Assembly: GCA_963790475.1 (NCBI GenBank)
Contig: CAWBOS010000010.1
Location: 1,664,001 to 1,728,000 of the forward strand
Direction of reading: 5' to 3'
Origin: an uncultured delta proteobacterium
Lineage (GTDB): Bacteria > Desulfobacterota > RBG-13-43-22
Length of the DNA: 64,000 nucleotides
This document shows, piece after piece, positions 29,530 through 38,934 of this stretch. Both the position numbers and the translations under genes were made by a program. A model generated the notes under the pieces. The model was not told the DNA's origin. It ran no database searches and saw nothing but the letters and a program-made list of their open reading frames with translations. Position 1 is the stretch's first letter. Each line of letters opens with the position of its first letter.

Positions 29530-29716
29530 AATACCGCTCCTAATTAATACAGGCGTATTAATTTCTTGAAATAATTCTATTTCTATCTATGATGATGTTA
29601 AAAAGAATTCCGCCGAGAAAGGAAAAGAGCTGATAACAAGATAAACTTACCATAATCTCCAACCCATGTCATCCCGGATTTCAGGGAGGTCATGGCCTTT
29701 AATGAAGGGGAAAACC

Positions 29717-30544
29717 ATGGACAATAGATCGGAAGAAAGGTTGCTAACAGCTCAAGACGGGATAAATATTTTAATGACCCGAAATTTCAAAGACCGTCCC
29801 AGGGCGGTGGTGGTAATCGTTCATGGAATATGTGAACATTCAGGGCGCTATGACCACACCGCCTCCCGGTTCAATGAATGGGACTATTCGGTTTATCGAT
29901 TTGACCTCCGGGGTCATGGACGTTCCGGAGGCCAGCGGGGATTTGTAGAAAACTATGAACGTTTTATTGACGATACCGACCTGGTCCTTAATGTCGCCCG
30001 GCAGGAAAATCTCGGACTTCCGATCTTTCTTTTGGGCCACAGTATGGGAGGATTTATATCCGTAGCCTATGGGGTTAAGCACCCGGACCGTCTTTCCGGG
30101 CTTATTCATTCCGGGGCGGCGGTCATGGTCCTCCCGGCGGTGAAAGATCTGGGAGAGAACTTCGATTACAACGCAATGGCTTTATCCCCTGTTCCTAATT
30201 CCCTGTCCAACCTGATCAGCCGGGACCCGAAGGTCGTCAAGGCTTATGACGACGATCCTCTGGTGCTCAAAGAGTTTACCATGAAGCTTATGGGAGAAAT
30301 TTTTATCACCGGAGTGAATTGGTTGTTGGAGAATATGAGTAGCTACCGTTCTCCCTGCTTAATCCTTCACGGCGGGGATGACCAGATCGTCCCCGCCGAG
30401 TCCTCACGAAATCTGTATAATCGAATCGCCTCAACGGACAAGCAGATCAAGATCTACGAAGGTCTCTATCACGAAATCCTGAACGAACCGGAAAAGGAAA
30501 CCGTGCTCACTGATATCCATCAATGGATCGAAGACCGGATTTGA
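29717..30544 (+). CDS. Lysophospholipase/monoacylglycerol lipase (alpha/beta hydrolase)
   Basis: VHGICEHSGRY, DLRGHGRS, GHSMGG, HEILNE. Confidence 0.92.
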   Translation: MDNRSEERLLTAQDGINILMTRNFKDRPRAVVVIVHGICEHSGRYDHTASRFNEWDYSVYRFDLRGHGRSGGQRGFVENYERFIDDTDLVLNVARQENLGLPIFLLGHSMGGFISVAYGVKHPDRLSGLIHSGAAVMVLPAVKDLGENFDYNAMALSPVPNSLSNLISRDPKVVKAYDDDPLVLKEFTMKLMGEIFITGVNWLLENMSSYRSPCLILHGGDDQIVPAESSRNLYNRIASTDKQIKIYEGLYHEILNEPEKETVLTDIHQWIEDRI

Positions 30545-30643
30545 AATATTGAAAGATGCACAGAATTTATTCACCCCAGTAAGAGCTTTAGCCTGCGCTC
30601 CTCTCCTAATCAATACATAAACCACAAATTTCTCTTACGAAGT

Positions 30644-30723
30644 CGTCACCCCGGAGAAAGCCGGGGGTCCAGGAGAGTAAGCACGGTTAGAAACACTGGA
30701 TTCCGGCTTTCGCCGGAATGACG
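30644..30723. repeat. REP/REPIN-like element (family A)
   Basis: CGTCACCCCGGAGAAAGCCGGGGGTCCAG...CTGGATTCCGGCTTTCGCCGGAATGACG. Confidence 0.8.
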
Positions 30724-30876
30724 AACGCGGGCCTTTGATGTTTTTTTAGGATCTAATCAATAGTTGAGAAAAGTATCACATCTTTTAGTCTAAGAGTTTT
30801 CCTTCTACATTATCATGCTTGATGTTGCCCTCAAGGATATGAGCCTTTCATTGGTAATCTTGAACCCTGTTTTTAA

Positions 30877-32142
30877 TTACTTCCTCTCAATAATCATACA
30901 GATCCCCTGACCGCCGCCCCCGCAGATGGTTTCCAGTCCGTACCGGCAATCCCGGCGGGTCATTTCGTTGACCAGGGTGGTCAAACGCATGGTCCCGGTG
31001 GCCCCGATGGGATGACCCAGAGAAATACCTGAACCGTTTACATTGACTTTGGCCTCCATGGCCTGGTCATCAAGACCCGAAAGGCGGCCGTCGGCCAGGG
31101 CTTGAACGGCAAAGGCCTCTTGAACCTCGATCAAATCGATCTGGTCAATGGTCAGGCCGACCTTTTGCAAAGCTTTGTTGACTGAGGCCGGAACCGCCGG
31201 ATAGGTCAGAGTCGGATCCGTAGCGGCCACTGCGCAGGAACGATAATAGGCCAGGGGTTTTGCACCCAGGGCCTTGGCCTTTTTTTCCGAGGCCAGGACC
31301 ATCACGGACGCACCGTCATTCTCAGAGGAGGAGTTCCCCGCCGTACACACACCGTCCTGGTAAACCGGACGTAGTTTGGCCAGCCTCTCCAGCGTGGTAT
31401 CCCTTCTCGGCCCTTCATCCGTATTGAAAAAGAGGGGCTGGCCGTCTTTCCCTTTGCCGAGGGGAATGGACACGATTTCCTGAGCGAATTTGCCGGCATC
31501 CTGAGCGGCAATAGCCCGTTGATGGCTCCGGAAGGCCCAGCGATCGGCCTCTTCCCTGGAAATATTTTCTTTCTTTGCCGCCGCCTCGGCCCAGGTCATC
31601 ATGGAACTCAATTCACCGTAGCGGGCAACGGGCTGAGACATGACCCTGGCCCTCTGAATACGGTCATAAAAAGGGAGGCCCCACATGGCCAGGGCCCCAT
31701 GCCCCCGGGGCATGAAACCATACTTTTCGTGGTTTTTACCACCGAGTCCCCATCTGATATCTCCGGGGATGTAAAGTTCGGCCTGACTCATACTGTCCAT
31801 CCCGCCGGCAATGACGATGTCCGCATCACCGGTCTGGATTTTCAAGGCCCCATAGTAGATGGCTTCCAATCCGGAGCAGCAACGCCGGTCCAGGACCACC
31901 CCCGGAACCGTATCCGGCCAATCGGCCTCCAGAACAGCCATGCGCGCTCCATTGGCACATTCCCCGTTCTGATAAGCGGTCCCCATGATCACATCTTCGA
32001 CAAGGGCCGGTTCGATATTGGCCCGCTTGACCGCTTCGTTAAGGACCAGACTCCCCAGTTGGTAAACCGGGATGTCCTTTAAAGCACCGCCGTAACTCCC
32101 GATGGGGGTACGGACACAACTGAGAATGACTACGTTTTCCAT
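30877..32142 (-). CDS. Thiolase (acetyl-CoA C-acyltransferase)
   Basis: RTPIG, RRCCSG, QEAFA, GHPIGATG, CGGGGQG. Confidence 0.94.
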   Translation of the reverse strand: MENVVILSCVRTPIGSYGGALKDIPVYQLGSLVLNEAVKRANIEPALVEDVIMGTAYQNGECANGARMAVLEADWPDTVPGVVLDRRCCSGLEAIYYGALKIQTGDADIVIAGGMDSMSQAELYIPGDIRWGLGGKNHEKYGFMPRGHGALAMWGLPFYDRIQRARVMSQPVARYGELSSMMTWAEAAAKKENISREEADRWAFRSHQRAIAAQDAGKFAQEIVSIPLGKGKDGQPLFFNTDEGPRRDTTLERLAKLRPVYQDGVCTAGNSSSENDGASVMVLASEKKAKALGAKPLAYYRSCAVAATDPTLTYPAVPASVNKALQKVGLTIDQIDLIEVQEAFAVQALADGRLSGLDDQAMEAKVNVNGSGISLGHPIGATGTMRLTTLVNEMTRRDCRYGLETICGGGGQGICMIIERK

Positions 32143-32262
32143 AAATTTTTCTCCCTTTTTTGTAAGTAAATAAAATTTATCTCTTTTTGTGAGGTGGGCT
32201 ACAATTCCAGATAATGGAAAGAAATATAGAATAAACCGAGAAGCAGGGTCAAGGAGAAAAAA

Positions 32263-33720
32263 TTACAAAGACGGACGGCGGAGGTGATGATCCGTGGTCT
32301 GCTCAAAGGCGTAGGCAGTCTGGAGGACTTTTTCCTCCTCGAAATGGTTTCCCAGGATTTGCAGCCCGATAGGCAACCCTTGCGCACTAAAACCGCAGGG
32401 CAACGATAGACCGGGGATACCGGCCAGATTGGCCGATATGGTGAAGATATCGGTCAAATACATCTGCAAAGGATCGGAGACCTTTTCTCCCAGGCGAAAG
32501 GCCGGCGTAGGGGCCACCGGGGTGATGATCAGATCACAGGTCTCAAAGGCCTTCTGAAAATCCTGATGGATCAGAGTCCGCACCTGGGAGGCCTTTCGAT
32601 AGTAGGCATCGTAATACCCGGCCGACAAGACATAGGTCCCCAGCATGATCCGGCGAATGACTTCCGGACCAAACCCTCGAGTGCGGGTCTTTTGATACAT
32701 CTCCATCAGACTGCATTCATCGGGATCTCGAAATCCATATTTGACCCCGTCATACCGAGCCAGGTTGGAACTGGCCTCGGCCATGGCAATGATATAATAA
32801 ACGGCAATGGCGTATTCCGTATGAGGCAGGGTAATTTCCCTGCAGACGGCCCCCAGATCGGTAAAAACGGTAATGGCCTTTCGTATCGCCTGCTCCACTT
32901 CGGGGTCCATCCCGGTCACAAAGTATTCCTTGGGAATTCCCAGGGTCAATCCCTTTACACCCTTTCGCAAATTAGCGGTGTAATCCGGCACCTCCCGCGG
33001 GACCGAAGTGGAATCTCGGGGGTCATGACCGCAGATAACATTCATCACCAGGGCGCAATCAGAAACTTCTTTGGTCAGGGGTCCGATTTGGTCCAGGGAA
33101 GAGGCATAGGCGACCAATCCGAATCGGGATACCCGGCCGTAGGTGGGCTTCATGCCCACCACTCCGCAGTGGGAAGCCGGTTGACGGATAGACCCCCCGG
33201 TATCCGATCCTATGGCCGCCAGACATTCTCCGGCGGCCACGGCGGCGGCCGATCCCCCACTGGACCCCCCCGGGATGTAGTCCGGATTCCAGGGATTATG
33301 CGTATTTTTGAAGGCCGAATTTTCCGTCGAAGAACCCATGGCAAATTCGTCCATGTTGGTTTTGCCAAGGAGAACGATCCCCTCTTTTTGCAGTCGGCTC
33401 ATAACCGTGGCATCAAAAGGGGGAATATAATTTTCCAGGATCCGCGAGGCACAGGTGGTTTTCATTCCCCGGGTGGAAATCAAATCCTTAACCGCAATGG
33501 GAATGCCGGTCAAAGGGCCGATCCGTCCTCGGGAAATTTCTTCATCGGCCTGACCGGCCTGTTCCAGGGCCGATTCAGGGGTCAGCGTGATATAGGCCCC
33601 AACTTTAGGTTCCACCTGATCAATCCTGTCCAATACGGACCTGGTCAATTCCAAAGAACTGACCGTTCCGCTTTTTAATTTTTCGTGGGCCTCGCTAATG
33701 GTTAATTCATAGAGTTCCAT
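32263..33720 (-). CDS. gatA: Asp/Glu-tRNA amidotransferase subunit A
   Basis: [51 protein letters not shown]. Confidence 0.97.
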   Translation of the reverse strand: MELYELTISEAHEKLKSGTVSSLELTRSVLDRIDQVEPKVGAYITLTPESALEQAGQADEEISRGRIGPLTGIPIAVKDLISTRGMKTTCASRILENYIPPFDATVMSRLQKEGIVLLGKTNMDEFAMGSSTENSAFKNTHNPWNPDYIPGGSSGGSAAAVAAGECLAAIGSDTGGSIRQPASHCGVVGMKPTYGRVSRFGLVAYASSLDQIGPLTKEVSDCALVMNVICGHDPRDSTSVPREVPDYTANLRKGVKGLTLGIPKEYFVTGMDPEVEQAIRKAITVFTDLGAVCREITLPHTEYAIAVYYIIAMAEASSNLARYDGVKYGFRDPDECSLMEMYQKTRTRGFGPEVIRRIMLGTYVLSAGYYDAYYRKASQVRTLIHQDFQKAFETCDLIITPVAPTPAFRLGEKVSDPLQMYLTDIFTISANLAGIPGLSLPCGFSAQGLPIGLQILGNHFEEEKVLQTAYAFEQTTDHHLRRPSL

Positions 33721-33736
33721 GGGGCACCTTGATTTT

Positions 33737-33828
33737 TGTTACTCGTTACTCGTTACTGGTTGCTCGTTTCTTGTTGAAGTTAATTTTATTGCTTTTAACG
33801 AGTAACAAGTAACCAGCAACAAGCAACC
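33737..33828. repeat. Inverted heptamer tandem repeats (GTTACTC/AACGAGT-like)
   Basis: gttactc-gttactc-gttactg-gttgctc ... aacgagt-aacaagt-aaccagc-aacaagc between gatC and gatA. Confidence 0.7.
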
Positions 33829-33833
33829 GGCAG

Positions 33834-34118
33834 TTAAATCACCTTGGGCACCACAAAGGCCGAGCCCCCCTGTTCCGGGGCCAGGGCCAGGACATCCTCG
33901 CGATCCAGGGATGGAAGAACCCGATCTTCCCGAAAGGCATTGGACAGATGCAGGGCGTGGGTCGTGGGTTCAATACCGGAGGTATCCAATTCTGACAATT
34001 TTTCCATATAACTCAGAATATTATTGAGTTGCTGAGTGACGGTGTCTATCTCTTCCGATCCCAACTGCAACCGGGCCAGAAAGGCGATATGCTCCACTTC
34101 CGGTTTGGAAAGTTTCAT
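33834..34118 (-). CDS. gatC: Asp/Glu-tRNA amidotransferase subunit C
   Basis: VEHIAFLARL, LDTSGIEPT, FRED, FVVPKVI. Confidence 0.95.
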   Translation of the reverse strand: MKLSKPEVEHIAFLARLQLGSEEIDTVTQQLNNILSYMEKLSELDTSGIEPTTHALHLSNAFREDRVLPSLDREDVLALAPEQGGSAFVVPKVI

Positions 34119-34124
34119 TGGATA

Positions 34125-35159
34125 TCAAACCCTTTTCCAGAAATTTTTTTGAATGGACCAGACCTTTTCGATGATCGGCAAGTCCGGACGAGGGTCAGGA
34201 TGTTGTTCCTGGGAGGAAAGGATGGTTTCTCCCCGAAGCTCATTAAGGACTGCCTTGACCGAAAGGTTGAGACCTTCCAGATGATATCCTCCTTCCAAGG
34301 ATAATAACAACCGGCCTTGACAGACCTCCTTAGCCAATTCCATCAGGGTCTGGGTCATTCGGGCAAATCCTTTGGGAGTCACCAGCATTGCCCCCAAAGG
34401 GTCCTCATAATAGATGTCAAACCCGGCAGAGACCAGGATGAGATCGGGCTTGAATTGACGGCCTATGGGCTGGAGAATCCTTTCAAATATCTGGGCATAG
34501 TCTTCATCCTGATAACCGCTGGAAAGGGGGCAATTGACCGTATACCCGCAGGCCGGGTCTCCACCTACCTCACCCACAGCCCCCGTTCCGGGATAATAAG
34601 GGTACTGATGAGTGGAAAAATACAGAACCCGGTCGTTCGCCCAAAAAGAGTGCTGAGTCCCGTTGCCGTGATGGAGGTCCCAATCGACGATCAGGATCCT
34701 TCCCAGACCGCTATGCCTACGGGCATACTCGGCGGCCAGGGCCACATTATTGAACAGGCAAAACCCCATGGCCCGATAGGCTTCAGCGTGATGGCCCGGC
34801 GGCCGGATGAGGGCAAAGCCGTTATCGATCTTCCCGGCCAGCAAGGCATCTATCAATGCGAAAAGACCTCCGGCGGCCATCAGGGCCGCTTCATAGGATT
34901 TAGCGGAAGTCTGCGTATCCGGGTCCAAAGAGACAAAAGACTTTCCAGACGTGGAGGCTATCTTTTTAATATGTTCCGGAGTATGGATATAAGCCAGCTC
35001 CTCCGGGGTGGCCAAGCGGGGCTGGATAGATTTCAACCGGCCGGAAAAGCAGTCTTCCAGCATCTGATAAAGAACTTCCAACCGTTGGGGGCTTTCCACG
35101 TGGGGAACCCCCCGAATATGTTCCAGATAGATGGGGTCTTTTACAATGCCGGTTTTCAC
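34125..35159 (-). CDS. Zn-dependent histone-deacetylase family protein (class II-like)
   Basis: RPPGHHA, GFCLFNN, DWDLHHGNGTQ, SAGFD, LEGGY. Confidence 0.94.
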   Translation of the reverse strand: MKTGIVKDPIYLEHIRGVPHVESPQRLEVLYQMLEDCFSGRLKSIQPRLATPEELAYIHTPEHIKKIASTSGKSFVSLDPDTQTSAKSYEAALMAAGGLFALIDALLAGKIDNGFALIRPPGHHAEAYRAMGFCLFNNVALAAEYARRHSGLGRILIVDWDLHHGNGTQHSFWANDRVLYFSTHQYPYYPGTGAVGEVGGDPACGYTVNCPLSSGYQDEDYAQIFERILQPIGRQFKPDLILVSAGFDIYYEDPLGAMLVTPKGFARMTQTLMELAKEVCQGRLLLSLEGGYHLEGLNLSVKAVLNELRGETILSSQEQHPDPRPDLPIIEKVWSIQKNFWKRV

Positions 35160-35360
35160 TGGTTACACCCTCCAATAAATTGGGAGTAAGTTAACAACAG
35201 GTCATGGAAGATGTCAAGAATGAAATCAAAGATCGGGTCTGGCCTTCTCTCGGGACGAATTGGTCAGTAATTTGGGCAAGAGGTCGGAATTTAAATTAAA
35301 TTCCGGCACAAGGCCAAATAAGTTTACCCCATTTTAATCATTTTTCAGGCAACTTCGAGA

Positions 35361-36710
35361 TCAAATCCTCCAGGGTAAATAGGCCTTCATAGTTTGACTG
35401 ACCTGTCGAAGCCAGGTTTGGGAGTAGATATAATTAACCATCATCCCGCATGATTCCATCACCCCACGGGGGAAATGATTGGCAGCAAAGTTTATGTTTT
35501 TCAGACCTACGGTTGCTCCATTGCCTAAGTGAAAATTGGCCACGGCATTGAGGGGCTTCCCTTGCCGATCTTTTTCCTGAGATATGTAAAAATAAACCAA
35601 ATCTGTCAAAGGTTTCTTTAATATTCTGAGGTATTCCGGATCTTCAATCCATCGCGGGTCGGAAAGAATTTCTAAAAGTACGGCACCGAGATCGGTGGCC
35701 TTTTTACCCGATTTTATATGATGGATTTCAAAGAGGGATTGTCGGATTTTTTCTGAAAATAATTCCAGTAAACGATCCCTGTTTATTTGGAAGGAATCAT
35801 ATTCTCCTTTGAGGAGCGGTTTGAAATATCGCTCCCAGAACCCCGGGATTGGGCTTAGGGTGGCAAAGGTTTTTATGCCAGGATAATTTTTTTCTAAGAT
35901 TTCGACGACCTGAAATATTAGGACCTTGCCCAAACCCAATCCGGACAAACCGTTTTGGGTATTGTTGATAGAGTAGAATATTGACGTGTCAGGGGATTTT
36001 TTATTATTAAAATGGTTTTCTTGTTTTTCGATGATCTCGTGGATAGAAGTAGCCATACCTCGGGTTAGGGCCGCTTCGATGAAAGTAATGGGTTCATCGG
36101 GCATGAGACGGTGATAAAGGGCAAAGCATCGGCGGTCCCCCCCAAGACGGGATCCCATCTCTTCCAGGTTGGCCATGGGATGGACCAGATCGTGTTCTTT
36201 AAGATATCTAATCTGGCGGTACGGAGAATCCAGAGTGATTTCGTTGAGAAAAAGGAATCCACCCTGGAACCAGAGATCAAAAAGCTGGGCAATATCCAGA
36301 TCCAACGGCTCCAGGTTTACCGGGTATTGACGTTGAGCGGCGATCACATCTGCCCTCAGATCCAGGAGAAATTTCAATCCGCCGGAAATGTTCAAAAAAT
36401 TTCTAAAGATCCGAATTATAGGGGATTCGATTTTCCGGCGGAGGTCGCTTAGGCCTCTAAGCCATTGAATAGAGTCTTTCCCTTCGCCGGTCAACACCAG
36501 GCGTAATTCTTTTTCAATTTCTTTCATGCTGATTTCAAATTTACGAATAACCGCCTCAAAAAACCAAGGTCGGTCTTCCAAAGGAATTGCTTTGTATTGG
36601 TCCTGGAATCTAATGATTGGTTCCGGCGTGGCTTCTTTTTGGGCCTGAATGGATTTTAACAGATCCAGGAGATCGTTGATTCTTTTTCCAGAACCTTTAC
36701 TCAGTTCCAT
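35361..36710 (-). CDS. Malonyl-CoA decarboxylase
   Basis: DRRCFA, FYSINNTQ.GL.G, FATLSPIPGF, ANFHLGNGA, GMMVNY. Confidence 0.9.
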   Translation of the reverse strand: MELSKGSGKRINDLLDLLKSIQAQKEATPEPIIRFQDQYKAIPLEDRPWFFEAVIRKFEISMKEIEKELRLVLTGEGKDSIQWLRGLSDLRRKIESPIIRIFRNFLNISGGLKFLLDLRADVIAAQRQYPVNLEPLDLDIAQLFDLWFQGGFLFLNEITLDSPYRQIRYLKEHDLVHPMANLEEMGSRLGGDRRCFALYHRLMPDEPITFIEAALTRGMATSIHEIIEKQENHFNNKKSPDTSIFYSINNTQNGLSGLGLGKVLIFQVVEILEKNYPGIKTFATLSPIPGFWERYFKPLLKGEYDSFQINRDRLLELFSEKIRQSLFEIHHIKSGKKATDLGAVLLEILSDPRWIEDPEYLRILKKPLTDLVYFYISQEKDRQGKPLNAVANFHLGNGATVGLKNINFAANHFPRGVMESCGMMVNYIYSQTWLRQVSQTMKAYLPWRI

Positions 36711-37163
36711 TTCCCGATTCCCTCATTTTTCTTTAAAGGATTTTATTTTGAAAAAATCGTTGTTAAGAAGGGATACCCTTTTGGTGACCATATTTATCGA
36801 TCTCGGTTATCTATTATCTATCTCGGATCGGCCAGATCTGAATTAGTTCTGATATTATGCTTTTTGACTTAGTTGTTGAAAAAAAAGTATAAGACAAGAA
36901 GAAGATTGTATCAAGAAGAAAATGGGATGAACGGCGTTGAGACCTGGGGGTTTCGGGGGAAAATGGGAAAGAATTGACTGACCTCTGGCTTGGGACTTCA
37001 GCTACTAATGTTAACCAGCGGTATGCGCTTCCCTGATAGATTACCAGTTGAATATATATTCCGCCCTGAAGTCTCTCGACGGCTCCATTAAAACCTTTCC
37101 TCGACTCCGATGCCTGGCTATCCTTCGTCAACTTTCTTGTTAAATCCGGAGATGCTTCGGGTA

Positions 37164-37532
37164 TTAATGGTTGGTTTTATCTGAAAAGGCCTTCAGCCTG
37201 TTGCGAAAAAAGACCTCGGCCTCCATCGTTACACCAGCGGAAAATCGGATTAGATAAGGTTTACCTGAAAAAGAAGACTTGGAGGCGCAAAGCCGGATGA
37301 AATCTTCGGCTGTTTTTACCCGATCACCGGCCATTTTGAGTTTGAAACGCAGATGATCCGCAGCCCTCTTGGCGTCATAGGCTTTTCCATTCCTGATGAA
37401 CTCCGCCCCATTCAAGGTTTCAATGGATGAAATCAGGTATTGTATTTTATTCGCTTCATGGGATTCCTGGGCAAAGGTATCGCCAATCATCAAGACTAAT
37501 AATATCAATAACCCTATCCGGATTTTTTTCAT
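37164..37532 (-). CDS. Secreted DUF5329-like protein
   Basis: Signal peptide; FIRNG, AADHLR.K, TAEDFI, SKSS.SGKPY. Confidence 0.75.
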   Translation of the reverse strand: MKKIRIGLLILLVLMIGDTFAQESHEANKIQYLISSIETLNGAEFIRNGKAYDAKRAADHLRFKLKMAGDRVKTAEDFIRLCASKSSFSGKPYLIRFSAGVTMEAEVFFRNRLKAFSDKTNH

Positions 37533-37539
37533 TTTGTTT

Positions 37540-38721
37540 TCATCGTCCGGCAACTGAAGCGATATGGATATTCGGCCTTCCGAATTCGGCAACAGTCGGG
37601 CTTAAATCCAGGGCTCGCCCCGGCGTCGTTGGCGCAATAAAGGAGTCGGGCTTCAAATCCCATTCTTTCAAAACTGAGGCCAGTCCATTCACGGCATCAT
37701 CAAAACCATCCCACCCAAGCTGAAAGACCTGAAAATGGGCCGCAATACTGAAATGGGCATTCAGATCCATATGGGCCTGAACGGCCTCAGAAGGTCCCAT
37801 GTGGAGGATGGAAAATTGCGGAGGAGATTGGTCTTTCGATTTCTGCGTTCGGAAAGGTGAAATAGGAAGGAGTGCCGCCCGGATCGGAGAAAAACGCCGG
37901 GCAATTTCGCGGAAATGGGGACCGTATCCGGTGTCCCCGGCATAATAAACGTTTCCTGAGGGGCCGGAGATGACAAAACCTCCCCAGAGAGTTTTATTAC
38001 GGTCCCAGGGGGTACGCGCCGAAAAGTGCTGGGCCGGTACCAGGGTTATTTTCACTCGGGGAGACAAAGAAATGGATCGCCACCAGTCGATTTCGTCCAC
38101 CTGGGGAATCCCCGATTCCCGGACGAGATCGAGGTCTCCGAGAGGCACAACGGCGTGAGGCGTGCCTTTCCCGGCCAGGCGTTTGAGCGTGGGCAAATCA
38201 AGATGATCGTAATGATTATGGGAAATCAGGACGACATCAATGGCAGGCAGGTCTTCGAATCGTATGCCGGGCTGCTTATGTCGTTTGGGTCCCGCCCAGG
38301 ATACCGGACTGCAGCGTTTGGACCAGATGGGATCGGTCAGGATATTAAAGGAATCCATTTGAATCAGGAAAGTGGAATGCCCGATCGGCGTGATCCGGAG
38401 TGTTCCCGTGGGTACACGAGCCACTGGGGGCGGCCCGGGAGTAAAATCCTTGATTTCCGGCCATTCGGGCCGATCGTTGTTGAATACCCACCTCCAAAGA
38501 TACCAAAAACTGCTTCGGTTTGGAGGATTATTCGGAGATGAGGGCGAGGATTGCGAAAGCCCGGGATTGAAGAATACAGTACCGTTGAAATGATCCGAGA
38601 CTTGTTGAGGTTTTCCAAGGGAAGGGCTTAGCTCCGGCCCGCGAGCGGTGAACGGCAAAAAAAACATTACCGCTAAACAAAAAACAAAAACTCCGATTGT
38701 TAGCCTTTTATTGCCGCCCAT
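37540..38721 (-). CDS. MBL-fold hydrolase (NAPE-PLD/RomA-like)
   Basis: GHST, TDPIWS, SHNHYDHLD, PAQHFS, AGDTGY. Confidence 0.9.
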   Translation of the reverse strand: MGGNKRLTIGVFVFCLAVMFFLPFTARGPELSPSLGKPQQVSDHFNGTVFFNPGLSQSSPSSPNNPPNRSSFWYLWRWVFNNDRPEWPEIKDFTPGPPPVARVPTGTLRITPIGHSTFLIQMDSFNILTDPIWSKRCSPVSWAGPKRHKQPGIRFEDLPAIDVVLISHNHYDHLDLPTLKRLAGKGTPHAVVPLGDLDLVRESGIPQVDEIDWWRSISLSPRVKITLVPAQHFSARTPWDRNKTLWGGFVISGPSGNVYYAGDTGYGPHFREIARRFSPIRAALLPISPFRTQKSKDQSPPQFSILHMGPSEAVQAHMDLNAHFSIAAHFQVFQLGWDGFDDAVNGLASVLKEWDLKPDSFIAPTTPGRALDLSPTVAEFGRPNIHIASVAGR

Positions 38722-38820
38722 ATTATTTCCTTTGTTTTCTCCTTGACTCGCTTTGGTTCATTTTATAGTCTTTTTCACCAAAAGCCAATTTTTATTGAAC
38801 AAGCCTGGAAGTCTGAAGGG

Positions 38821-38898
38821 AAAATTTCCCCTCCCCCCCCTTTGTTAAAGAGGTGTTTCAAGCTTCCCCCTTTGGAAAAGGGGGATCGAGGGGGATTT
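38821..38898. repeat. REP-like CCCCCTTT..AAAGGGGG palindromic element
   Basis: aaatttcccctccccccccttt... and cccccTTTGGAAAAGGGGGatcgagggggattt. Confidence 0.6.
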
Positions 38899-38934
38899 AA
38901 AATCTTTTTTAGTCTTAAAGGAGAGAAAATAAAC

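Noticed and set aside
32566-33678. Long antisense or alternate-frame ORFs (also 28207-29148, 34317-35189, 57755-58657, 47838-48575, 16758-17495)
   Set aside because: They are shadows of well-supported genes in GC-rich coding DNA and have no recognisable motifs.
36814-37131. 105-aa ORF between malonyl-CoA decarboxylase and the DUF5329-like gene
   Set aside because: No family motif, a weak start, and part of it translates a degenerate repeat (FSPETPRSQRR).
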